A DNA stretch of 64,000 nt from Neoechinorhynchus agilis (Eukaryota > Animalia > Acanthocephala), in the NCBI GenBank assembly GCA_051530055.1, contig CM121342.1:2514797-2578796 (forward strand), read 5' to 3'. A program made the translations under genes and the position numbers. Below the pieces are notes generated by a model that worked only from the letters and a program-made list of their open reading frames with translations, was not told where the DNA came from and did not search any database. Positions 34,904 through 46,700 of the stretch are shown one piece after another (the stretch's first letter is position 1; each line of letters begins with the position of its first letter).

Positions 34904-36863
34904 ATGACTGTTATTACGACTTGTCTTAAATCATACGGACAAGATGAGACTTCGGAGAACCACACGCGCATACTGATATATTGATTCCCAGTTGTAGAAA
35001 TTGACAATTACCTTCTAGAATCACAACCACCTCTAGCAACGAGAATGTTTGAGCAGGCTCAATGCAGCCGGCGCGGTTCAAGGTAATAGACGTCCGGCCG
35101 AGTAGACAGTTAGAGTATCCGAACCACAAAAGTCCTGACACTGTTCTATTGACATTTTGTTTGCCGATCGAAATCGTAGTATTGCAAAGCTCACAGGAAG
35201 GATCACTCTCACCAATACCTCGACTAAGTAGTAGCTGCAGCAACAAGAACAACAACATCGCGGTTGTATCCGACTTTAGTGCCCTCAACCACGACTGGAC
35301 ATTGACTCTAATGAGACATCAAATGGAAACATCAACTCAATCAGAAAATTTAAGAATTTCGCTAAGGCTCAAGAATCTTTTGAGTGCTCATTTGGAAGTG
35401 CTGGCCGATATCGTGGTATCTTTCATCAACCGAAAGCACTATCTATGGAACGAAAACATCCGAGAACAACAATTCCGATTCACAAATTCAAACTCTTCAT
35501 ACGAATGCATTTCGTCCCTCTCACCTCAGAAGATCGCCAGTAACGAATTCGTAGATGAATGCGCTCAGGTCCATTTTCAGTTGGAGATACATGTCATTTG
35601 ACTGATTTCGGAGACCATCTTCGTCCTACATCCGGAATCGGTCGCTTAATTTTCACAAGATTTACTTGCTCTATCAATCGGTTCGGAAAGCTCAATGATC
35701 GATACGCAATGGCGACCAGGAAAAGCTCTACGGTTGACCCTCAAAAACAAGTAGAACCGAAGCTAATTCATAAAACTCCCGGTTTCGTATACGGGGGATA
35801 CAAATGGGCTTTAGTCTTGGAGCCATGCTTAGACTCGGTCGGTCAATTAGGAAAGATTCGACTTTACTTTAAGAACGATGGGAAGTACCCTGACGAATCT
35901 GTTAATCAATTCATGTCTATTAATATTGTATATTCTCTTAAAATGGAAAGTGAAACATACAGTTGGAGTGTTTTGACGAGCGATAATTGCGGAAGGTGGG
36001 TAACCAAAACCACGAGGGATAAGGCATATATTGGCGCTCGAGAAGTGACATCTAGTTATACGAATCACGAGGGGAAATGCAGGAGTTATTTATTTGACGA
36101 GGTAAAAAGTCTACTTGGAAATCATGGGAAATTCGCGGTAACCATTAACGTGTTCGATACAGTCATTATTTTTCCACTACTCATTTTCCCAGCAACAACC
36201 CGTGAAACCGTCGCATCCAAATTTAAGGATGAGCATATTAATCATGCTTGGGAGGTCATTAGCAGATTTGAGGATGACGGAGATGGGGTGGAGAATGAAG
36301 CGAGTTTAATTATAAGACTGGTAGATACGGATGTCTCACAAGTGCCTAACGATGCAATGGTGATGATTGTGTTTAATTTGACAGTAAGATGCCATCAGGA
36401 ATCGAAGCGAATCATTGCTTTGTTCGAAACACCTGTGCTGAAGTATTATCGTCATGAGCATTGTCCGGATGGACTTTTAATCGATTCTGGACTTACCAAA
36501 TCTCAGGTAAGATAAAATGACTCGGTAAACATTCGCAACGTTTCCAAATTATACTTTTGGTGAAAATAATCCCGGTCATAACATACTTGATTTATTTGAA
36601 ATATTTTGAAGGAGGAAACCTCGTCCCATCAGTCATTACTGTAAGTTTGCCAAATATGTTATAATCGGTTGATTATTTTCACCAAAATTATATCCTTTGA
36701 TTAACCCAAATTATTTTCTCTGTCGATGACTTTTCTATTTCCTTAGTTAAATAAAGAAGGATTTTTGAATGATCGTGGAGCGGTTCATTTGGAAGTTGAA
36801 ATTTATTCCTGCTGCATCCTTAGTTTCCCGGCTCATAATTCGACCGATGATTTGATTGCTAGA
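34904..36863 (+). pseudogene. Poly-MATH (TRAF-like) domain gene, ~4 domains, disrupted
   Basis: MATH-like segments: FTCSINRFGKL..GFVYGGYKWALVL, HDWTLTL..QVHFQLEIHV and GFLNDRGAVHLEVEI. Intron 36507-36746; TGA at 34982; frame changes near 35075 and 35600. Confidence 0.65.
36546..36740. mobile_element. Asymmetric palindromic mini-element inside the MATH intron
   Basis: Arms share ggtgaaaataatcccggtcataacata. The left arm holds a decayed hammerhead (minus strand: CTGATGG GACGAGG ttt CCTCCTTC AAAATATT). Confidence 0.75.
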
Positions 36864-36903
36864 CAAAACATGCAGTTAGTGTAAGTGGTTTTTCTGCGTT
36901 TAG

Positions 36904-37395
36904 AAACGTTTTAAATTGAATGAATTTAGTCGCGAGTTACGCCTTCAACAAGAAGAGAACCGTCAACTGGAAAAAAAGCTTCATGCTTTACAGATTGAAG
37001 CTAGAAGTCTAGAAAGTGGTGGGCGCGTACCACGCGTCAAGTTCGACCTTCCACTTCCAAAATTATCTTTAACAAGTCAACAGTCGCATCAGTCGCGGAA
37101 TGCTCACAGTGCTGCTGGATTATTACCGTTGCCAAAATCCACTACCGCGAAAACAACACCAAAGCAAGGTTATGTACAGAATCCGAGTGTGGATGTTGTA
37201 AAGTACAATCAGACAAGGAAGAGCAGTTCAAATTCGGATGATAAAGCAGACGGTAGGGCTCATGACGATATGCAGCAGCCAGGAAAAGATAAATCTTCCA
37301 TGCACGGATACTTGTCATATTTATACCATTCAAAAATTCAGACCCCTTTAAAATTTATAAATCCGTTTTCTTATTTTGAATTACCAGGTGAATGA
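36904..37395 (+). CDS. Exon encoding a coiled coil plus low-complexity tail
   Basis: ELRLQQEENRQLEKKLHALQIE; open from the acceptor at 36903; no in-frame ATG of its own. Confidence 0.45.
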   Translation, partial: KRFKLNEFSRELRLQQEENRQLEKKLHALQIEARSLESGGRVPRVKFDLPLPKLSLTSQQSHQSRNAHSAAGLLPLPKSTTAKTTPKQGYVQNPSVDVVKYNQTRKSSSNSDDKADGRAHDDMQQPGKDKSSMHGYLSYLYHSKIQTPLKFINPFSYFELPGE

Positions 37396-37951
37396 GCATC
37401 TCAGTATTGAGAGAAAGTTAGAAGGTATTATACTCACCAATCAGTGTTTTAAAAGTGAAAACTATGCAACAAAGGCTTTGCTAAGGCTTCCAAATTTTGA
37501 TAATTGCGCATTTAATTAGATTCATATTATTCTAATTAATTGTTTCATTCTGGGCTTTACGTGTAGATTAGCTGCCTCTTTTTCATCCCCAGGCTTGTAC
37601 TTTGCACAAGTGGCGATCCGAATTGCAAAGCACAGTATGTAACATGTGAAATGAATTAACGAAAATCTCCTTTCGATCAGGCTGATATCAGTAAGCGATT
37701 CTCAGCCAAACTGGCGATGCGAATGCAAACGGTGAAGTCAAGATTTTATGATCATTCGAATAGCTTGCTATTAACGACCAAACATCCCTCGGCGCTTTCG
37801 CTAACTCTACTGCTAGTAACGGTCGAGGACTTTTCATCAAGGCACTGTGATCCATCAGATGCCGAACGGTCTACGTCTTTAGCAATGAAAGAGGAGCACA
37901 GAAGTTATCTGTTTGAAGATCGACTTGCTGGAAAATTAAATGATTTTATTG

Positions 37952-38038
37952 ATTCCGATATTTCGGCACAATTTTATGCCTTACAAACTTGCGAAACAAC
38001 CTCGATAAAGGCAAAAGATTGTGCCGAAATATCGGAAT
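37952..38038. repeat. Hairpin with a perfect 21-bp stem
   Basis: attccgatatttcggcacaat / attgtgccgaaatatcggaat; flanks resemble the 12915 element. Confidence 0.8.
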
Positions 38039-38094
38039 AAATAAATTCATATAAATTTCCGCCATTTATAAAAACAAAAACAGAAGTTATCTAA

Positions 38095-39830
38095 GGATTG
38101 CGGTATCCAAGAAGGACGGTGATATTCGCCCGATCGCTGTGAACTCCACCCTTCGCCGCTTAGCGGACAAGATCCTGTGTAGGAAATTGTGTGAGAGTTT
38201 AGTCAGCTGTACCGTCCAATTCAGTTGGGTTGCTGTTCAATTGTCGAAAGCGAGGTGATTGAAACATTATCGATCCAATGGCAGTACTTCAGATGGACGT
38301 ACGAAAAACATTCAATACTGTTTATGGGACGGCTCTCATGCAAACCACCGCGATCGATGCACCGGAGGCTCATCAATACTTCCTAGCAGCTTTTGAACCT
38401 AAAATTCATTTTTTTTGTACGGAGACCGAATCATCTGGACAGATTCAGGAGTACAGCAAGGAGATCCTTTTGGTCCTCCGAGTTTCGCAAAATTCAACTG
38501 CTGATGCTCCCTAGGTGGCTCTCAATGGTCTGAGGGTGTGTATTAGCGGTGCGGCCTCTGTAAGCCTCTTTATTAGCCACATGAAAAATGTGAAATTATG
38601 ACCTTGGATGTTTCTGGTACCGAAGGCCCGAATACAATGAGGCTCCTCAACTCGATCGCTCCGGGAATCGGGTAGATCAACAAAAAGTAGCTTTCACTTC
38701 ATTGCGAGCTGCTTTCTATTTCTAGAATTCGGCGACTTTAGCAATGTTGGACTATACATTATGGCCGTATATATTCTTTGTTTCCATATCGAAAACATCA
38801 TGCAGTAAAGCCACGCTAACGATTCGGCTGGTTGGAATGGACATTGGAAATGTTGCTGAACTTCCCTCCCAGCATTCCTGTCTTCATCAGAACGACGAAA
38901 AAGATATATAACGAGATGACTGGCCAATATCATTTGTCACCGTGCGATTGGTTCAACAGAGTGTGTAGGAATTGTATTCGGAAATTAGACAATAAAAGGC
39001 TCCAGAAATGAACACATATAGTCGGATTCGGACACGCCCTTCGCTGAGAAAGCTTATGATTTATATAAAGGCCGACTTGACGAGGTTTCTCGATCACGAC
39101 TAGTGGTTTCTCTTTAGATATTGTTTTATTAATAACGTTCGAATCTCGTTAGGTTCATCATCAGTTCGTCAGTTATTAAAAAGCGATAACCTGGTAAATG
39201 AGTTCCGGAGCTTCGATGAACGCTGTTCCGATCAGCACCATGGGCACCCTCCTCGATAACAATACAGTGAGGGTCACCGTATCCCTTAGGTTAGATCCCC
39301 GACCAAATGGCCGCTTGACGAGGCGTATTGAGCTCAGCGCTATTATTAGCATTAATTCGAACTCCGTTCACGACCCCAATATCCTTGAGTCCGTGCATCT
39401 ATTCCGCTCTGATGGCAAGCGGCCGGATATATTGGAAAATGCTTAGTCTGGGACGCCACGCGCGTCGATTTGTTGGCATCAAGCAATTAAAGTAAAGCGT
39501 CCTCGGTGCCGGGAGGTGCCGAGTTCGCGACAGAAAAGAGGAAAGCAGAAAAAAGCGTCGAATTTAGATATGACCACGATTTCGTCCCATTGGGGAGTCG
39601 GCCATTAAAATATTCGATCAATTGATCCTTCGAATGAGGGAAGCTTTCGGCGACCGCAGGAGTAAGACCTTCCTCATACAGACTATAAACATGGCTGCCC
39701 AGCGAGGAAGCTCCGCCAGCATTTTTGTTACGACCATCACAGCGATGAGCTTGGGCGTGATTGATGCGGCGTGATAATTAAATTAATAGATCGTTTTTAA
39801 AATTGAACTTTTAAATCCTTCTTTAATCCG
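38095..39830 (+). mobile_element. Heavily decayed CRE-clade retrotransposon
   Basis: DGDIRPIAVNSTLRRL, DAPEAHQYF, SRSRLVVS, NAVPISTMGTLLDNNTVRV, RSDGKRPD and AAQRGSSAS. Confidence 0.85.
39115..39197 (-). mobile_element. Family-2 PLE tail with decayed hammerhead, inserted in the CRE copy
   Basis: Minus strand CTGATGA T GAACC taacga GATTC GAACGTT att AATAAA; interrupts the CRE frame between RLVVS and SGASMNAVP. Confidence 0.6.
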
Positions 39831-40703
39831 GAGAAAATAAATGCTGTAACATTAAAAAAGGAAAACGTTTTTATTTGGTTGTCTTTTATCAACGCTCTTC
39901 CGATCGCGGTTTTGAACGCAATTTCATTTATTTAAAAAATCTGAAAATAAAATTATTTAGCTTATTGTGTAATTTTAACACCGGCTTATCGCGAATCGGA
40001 ACTACCTTGCGCTTTTCATCCTTGGTTGAGTTATGGGGTTGTTCGGAAACCAAATGCGTCTTGAATGCCAGCATTAAAAAAGATTCAATCATAGGCGGTG
40101 GTTGGTTCTGTTTGTAATGTTTAGCTAGCTCTTCCAATGGAGAACGAATGCTTCGTTCGGGCAATAAGCCTTGATTTGTATGGTGAATCCATAGTCCTTG
40201 GACACCTCGAGGAAACAATATCCAGAAGATGAACTCAATAATGCAACAAATGTGAGTTGTCATCTACGACGATTTTAAACGTGAAACAGATTGCAAGAAC
40301 TTACAAATCTGGTGAATGACAGACATTCTTGCGATTATTTATGGATGTTTTGTGAGCATCCGAGCGGTTTTTAACTTCCGACCTTTAAGTTTATATTCCG
40401 TTTCGCTTTTATAATTGTAATGCACTTGATAAAACGAGCTTTTAAAAAATTTGAATTTAGGTGTCACATACACACATTAGCAATTAACGAACAAATACAC
40501 ATCCTCATTCTTCTAAAAAATTATTAAGAATTGTCGTAAAAGTTGGTCGAGTGAGAGTGAGCAAGACATTCCTGTTGCCTTAAATATGTATAAAAGTGAA
40601 CCTTCAAGCGCATGTATTTTCCTTAACGTGCCCATTTCAATTAAGGCGTCCAAATCGAATTTCCGACGCACATAATACGGCAGTAGTTTATTCATTATAA
40701 TCA

Positions 40704-43700
40704 TTTAGTACATCTTAACACGCTGATTCCAAATCTGTTTTCGGATTTTCGATAGCTATCATGGTTCTTGAGTTATTTGTTGTTACATTTTGAGACCAAC
40801 TACCTTGATTATTGATATTAAATCATCAATCAATTTAAGATCAAATTAACTTTTCTAGATCTACTTTTGACGCTGAATTCACCCGCAATAACGGTTTGAT
40901 GTTGCTTGTTAAATTTTTACACTTAGTTTTAAGATTGAAGTTCATAAAAGACACCTCAGTTAAATCTGTTGTGCTCGAAAGTTGTTACGAAATACAAAAA
41001 CATTTTGAGCATATCTAATGCGCTGATTTCAATGGTGTTATCTGATTTTAATGATTCTTGCAAATTTAGTGATCTTTCACTCTTGTGAATATTGGCAAAA
41101 TGTGACAATGCGATTTCCGATGCGAATATTACAGCTGTAGTGTACGAAATCAGCTAGTTTGGTAGATCTTAACGCGCTGATTCCAAATCTGTTTACGGAT
41201 TTGCGATAGCTTTCATGGTTCTTGAGTTATTTGTTGTTACATTTTGAGACCAACTACCTTGATTATTGATATTAAAACATCAATCAATTTAAGATCAAAT
41301 TAACTTTTCTATATCTACTTTGACGCTGAATTCACCTGAAATTACGGTTTGATGTTGCTTTTTAAATTTAAACACTTAGTTTAAGGATTGAAGTTGAGAA
41401 AAGACACCTGAATTAAATCAGTTGTGCTCGAAAGTTGTTACGAAATACAAAAATATTTTGAGCATATCTAATGCGTTGATTTCAATGGTGTTATCTGATT
41501 TTAGTGATTCTTGCAAATTTAGTGATTTTTCCCTCTTGTGAATATTGGCAAAATATGATAATGCGATTTCCGATGCGAATATTACGGCGGTAGCGTACGG
41601 AATCAGCTAGTTTAGTAGAACTTAACGCGCTGATTCCAAGTCTTTTACCGGATTTGCGACAGCTATTATGGTTCTTGAGTTATTTGTTGTTACATTTTGA
41701 GACCAACTACCTTGATTATTGATATTAAAACATCAATCAATTTAAGATCAAATTAACTTTTCTACATCTACTTTTGACGCTGAATTCACCTGCATTTACG
41801 GTTTGATGTTACTTGTAAAATTTTGACACTTAGTTTAAGGATTGAAGTTGATAAAAAACACCTGAATTAAATCTGTGGTGGTCGAAAGTTGTTACGAAAT
41901 ACAAAAACATCTTAAGAATATCTAATGCGCTGATTTCAAAGGTGTTATCTGATTTTAACGAGTCTTTCAAATTTAGATATCTTTCACTTTTGTGAATATT
42001 GGCAAAATGTGACAATGCGATTTCCGATGCGAATATTACAGCTGTAGTTTACGGAATCAGCTAGTTTAGTAGATCTTAACGCGCTGATTCCAAGTCTTTT
42101 ACCGGATTTGCGATAGCTATCATTGTTTATGAGTTATTTTTTTGTTACATTTTGAGACCAACTACCTTGATTATTTATATTAAAACATCAATCAATTTAA
42201 GATAAAATTAACTTTTCTATATCTACTTTTGACGCTGAATTCTCCTGCAATTACGGTTTGATGTTACTTGTTTAATTTTTACACTTGGTTTTAGGATTGA
42301 AGTTGATAAAAGACACCTGAATTAAATCTGTGGTGGTCGAAAGTTTTTACGAAATACAAGAACATTATGAGCATATCTAATGCGCTGATTTCAATGGTGT
42401 TATCTGATTTTAATGAGTCTTTCAAATTTAGTGATCTTTCACTCTTGTGAATATTGGCAAAATATGACAATGCGATTTCCGATGCGAATATTACAGCTGT
42501 AGTGTACAGAATCAGCTAGTTTAGTAGATCTTAACGCGCTGATTCCAAATCTGTTTACGGATTTGCGATAGCTATCATGGTTCTTGAGTTATTTGTTGTT
42601 ACATTTTGAGACCAACTACCTTGATTATTGATATTAAAACATCAATCAATTTAAGATCAAATTAACTTTTCTATATCTACTTTTGACGCTGAATTCACCT
42701 GCAATTACGGTTTGATGTTACTTGTTAAATTTTGACACTTAGTTTAAGGATTGAAGTTGATAAAAGACACCTGAATTAAATCTGTGGTGGTCGAAAGTTG
42801 TTACGAAATGCAAAAACATTTCGAGCATATCTAATGCGCTGATTTCAATGGTGTTATCTGATTTTAATGAGTCTTTCAAATTTAGTGATCTTTCACTCTT
42901 GTGAATATTGGCAAAATATGACAATGCGATTTCCGATGCGAATATTACAGCTGTAGTGTACGGAATCAGCTAGTTTAGTAGATCTTAACGCGCTGATTCC
43001 AAATCTGTTTACGGATTTGCGATAGCTATCATGGTTCTTGAGTTATTTGTTGTTACATTTTGAGACCAACTACCTTGATTATTGATATTAAAACATCAAT
43101 CAATTTAAGATCAAATTAACTTTTCTATATCTACTTTTGACGCTGAATTCACCTGCAATTACGGTTTGATGTTACTTGTTAAATTTTGACACTTAGTTTA
43201 AGGATTGAAGTTGATAAAAGACACCTGAATTAAATCTGTGGTGGTCGAAAGTTGTTACGAAATGCAAAAACATTTTGAGCATATCTAATGCGCTGATTTC
43301 AATGGTGTTATCTGATTTTAATGAGTCTTTCAAATTTAGTGATCTTTCACTCTTGTGAATATTGGCAAAATATGACAATGCGATTTCCGATGCGAATATT
43401 ACAGCTGTAGTGTACGGAATCAGCTAGTTTAGTAGATCTTAACGCGCTGATTCCAAATCTGTTTACGGATTTGCGATAGCTATCATGGTTCTTGAGTTAT
43501 TTGTTGTTACATTTTGAGACCAACTACCTTGATTATTGATATTAAAACATCAATCAATTTAAGATCAAATTAACTTTTCTATATCTACTTTTGACGCTGA
43601 ATTCACCTGCAATTACGGTTTGATGTTACTTGTTAAATTTTTACACTTAGTTTAAGGATTGAAGTTGATAAAAGACACCTGAATTAAATCTGTGGTGGTC

Positions 43701-46700
43701 GAAAGTTGTTACGAATGCAAAACATTTTGAGCATATCTAATGCGCTGATTTCAATGGTGTTATCTGATTTATGAGTCTTTCAAATTTAGTGATCTTTCAC
43801 TCTTGTGAATATTGGCAAAATGTGACAATGCGATTTCCGATGCGAATATTACAGCTGTAGTGTACGGAATCAGCTAGTTTAGTAGATCTTAACGCGCTGA
43901 TTCCAAATCTGTTTACGGATTTGCGATAGCTATCATGGTTCTTGAGTTATTTGTTGTTACATTTTGAGACCAACTACCTTGATTATTGATATTAAAACAT
44001 CAATCAATTTAAGATCAAATTAACTTTTCTATATCTACTTTTGACGCTGAATTCACCTGCAATTACGGTTTGATGTTGCTTGTTAAATTTTGACACTTAG
44101 TTTAAGGATTGAAGTTGATAAAAGACACCTGAATTAAATCTGTGGTGGTCGAAAGTTGTTACGAAATACAAAAACATTTTGAGCATATCTAATGCGCTGA
44201 TTTCAATGGTGTTATCTGATTTTAATGAGTCTTGCAAATTTAGTGATCTTTCACTCTTGTGAATATTGGCAAAATATGACAATGCGATTTCCGATGCGAA
44301 TATTACAGCTGTAGTGTACGGAATCAGCTAGTTTAGTAGATCTTAACGCGCTGATTCCAAATCTGTTTACGGATTTGCGATAGCTATCATGGTTCTTGAG
44401 TTATTTGTTGTTACATTTTGAGACCAACTACCTTGATTATTGATATTAAAACATCAATCAATTTAAGATCAAATTAACTTTTCTATATCTACTTTTGACG
44501 CTGAATTCACCTGCAATTACGGTTTGATGTTGCTTGTTAAATTTTGACACTTAGTTTAAGGATTGAAGTTGATAAAAGACACCTGAATTAAATCTGTGGT
44601 GGTCGAAAGTTGTTACGAAATGCAAAAACATTTTGAGCATATCTAATGCGCTGATTTCAATGGTGTTATCTGATTTTAATGAGTCTTTCAAATTTAGTGA
44701 TCTTTCACTCTTGTGAATATTGGCAAAATATGACAATGCGATTTCCGATGCGAATATTACAGCTGTAGTGTACGGAATCAGCTAGTTTAGTAGATCTTAA
44801 CGCGCTGATTCCAAATCTGTTTACGGATTTGCGATAGCTATCATGGTTCTTGAGTTATTTGTTGTTACATTTTGAGACCAACTACCTTGATTATTGATAT
44901 TAAAACATCAATCAATTTAAGATCAAATTAACTTTTCTATATCTACTTTTGACGCTGAATTCACCTGCAATTACGGTTTGATGTTACTTGTTAAATTTTG
45001 ACACTTAGTTTAAGGATTGAAGTTGATAAAAGACACCTGAATTAAATCTGTGGTGGTCGAAAGTTGTTACGAAATGCAAAAACATTTTGAGCATATCTAA
45101 TGCGCTGATTTCAATGGTGTTATCTGATTTTAATGAGTCTTGCAAATTTAGTGATCTTTCACTCTTGTGAATATTGGCAAAATATGACAATGCGATTTCC
45201 GATGCGAATATTACAGCTGTAGTGTACGGAATCAGCTAGTTTAGTAGATCTTAACGCGCTGATTCCAAATCTGTTTACGGATTTGCGATAGCTATCATGG
45301 TTCTTAGTTATTTGTTGTTACATTTTGAGACCAACTACCTTGATTATTGATATTAAAACATAATCAATTTAAGATCAAATTAACTTTTCTATATCTACTT
45401 TTGACGCTGAATTCACCTGCAATTACGGTTTGATGTTGCTTGTTAAATTTTGACACTTAGTTTAAGGATTGAAGTTGATAAAAGACACCTGAATTAAATC
45501 TGTGGTGGTCGAAAGTTGTTACGAAATGCAAAAACATTTTGAGCATATCTAATGCGCTGATTTCAATGGTGTTATCTGATTTTAATGAGTCTTGCAAATT
45601 TAGTGATCTTTCACTCTTGTGAATATTGGCAAAATATGACAATGCGATTTCCGATGCGAATATTACAGCTGTAGTGTACGGAATCAGCTAGTTTAGTAGA
45701 TCTTAACGCGCTGATTCCAAATCTGTTTACGGATTTGCGATAGCTATCATGGTTCTTGAGTTATTTGTTGTTACATTTTGAGACCAACTACCTTGATTAT
45801 TGATATTAAAACATCAATCAATTTAAGATCAAATTAACTTTTCTATATCTACTTTTGACGCTGAATTCACCTGCAATTACGGTTTGATGTTACTTGTTAA
45901 ATTTTTACACTTAGTTTAAGGATTGAAGTTGATAAAAGACACCTGAATTAAATCTGTGGTGGTCGAAAGTTGTTACGAAATACAAAAACATTTTGAGCAT
46001 ATCTAATGCGCTGATTTCAATGGTGTTATCTGATTTTAATGAGTCTTTCAAATTTAGTGATCTTTCACTCTTGTGAATATTGGCAAAATATGACAATGCG
46101 ATTTCCGATGCGAATATTACAGCTGTAGTGTACGGAATCAGCTAGTTTAGTAGATCTTAACGCGCTGATTCCAAATCTGTTTACGGATTTGCGATAGCTA
46201 TCATGGTTCTTGAGTTATTTGTTGTTACATTTTGAGACCAACTACCTTGATTATTGATATTAAAACATCAATCAATTTAAGATCAAATTAACTTTTCTAT
46301 ATCTACTTTTGACGCTGAATTCACCTGCAATTACGGTTTGATGTTACTTGTTAAATTTTGACACTTAGTTTAAGGATTGAAGTTGATAAAAGACACCTGA
46401 ATTAAATCTGTGGTGGTCGAAAGTTGTTACGAAATACAAAAACATTTTGAGCATATCTAATGCGCTGATTTCAATGGTGTTATCTGATTTTAATGAGTCT
46501 TTCAAATTTAGTGATCTTTCACTCTTGTGAATATTGGCAAAATATGACAATGCGATTTCCGATGCGAATATTACAGCTGTAGTTTACGGAATCAGCTAGT
46601 TTAGTAGATCTTAACGCGCTGATTCCAAATCTGTTTACGGATTTGCGATAGCTGTCATGGTTCTTGAGTTATTTGTTGTTACATTTTGAGACCAACTACC

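Noticed and set aside
731-36740. Palindromic elements as ordinary DNA-transposon MITEs
   Set aside because: No consistent target-site duplication seen, ends are ragged, and the arms match the hammerhead in the Penelope terminal repeat.
2851-36863. Alternative genetic code (TGA or TAG read as sense)
   Set aside because: Cullin (807 aa) and EB1 (343 aa) have no internal stops and use TGG for Trp, and TAA, TAG and TGA all end intact genes. The in-frame stops are local lesions or lie in introns.
16065-36863. A new GCTC...AG intron class (LIPT2 16065, MATH ~35057 and ~36831)
   Set aside because: Three such cuts restore frame, but the MATH shift near 35600 cannot be fixed this way and one cut removes expected domain residues; probably coincidence without cDNA.
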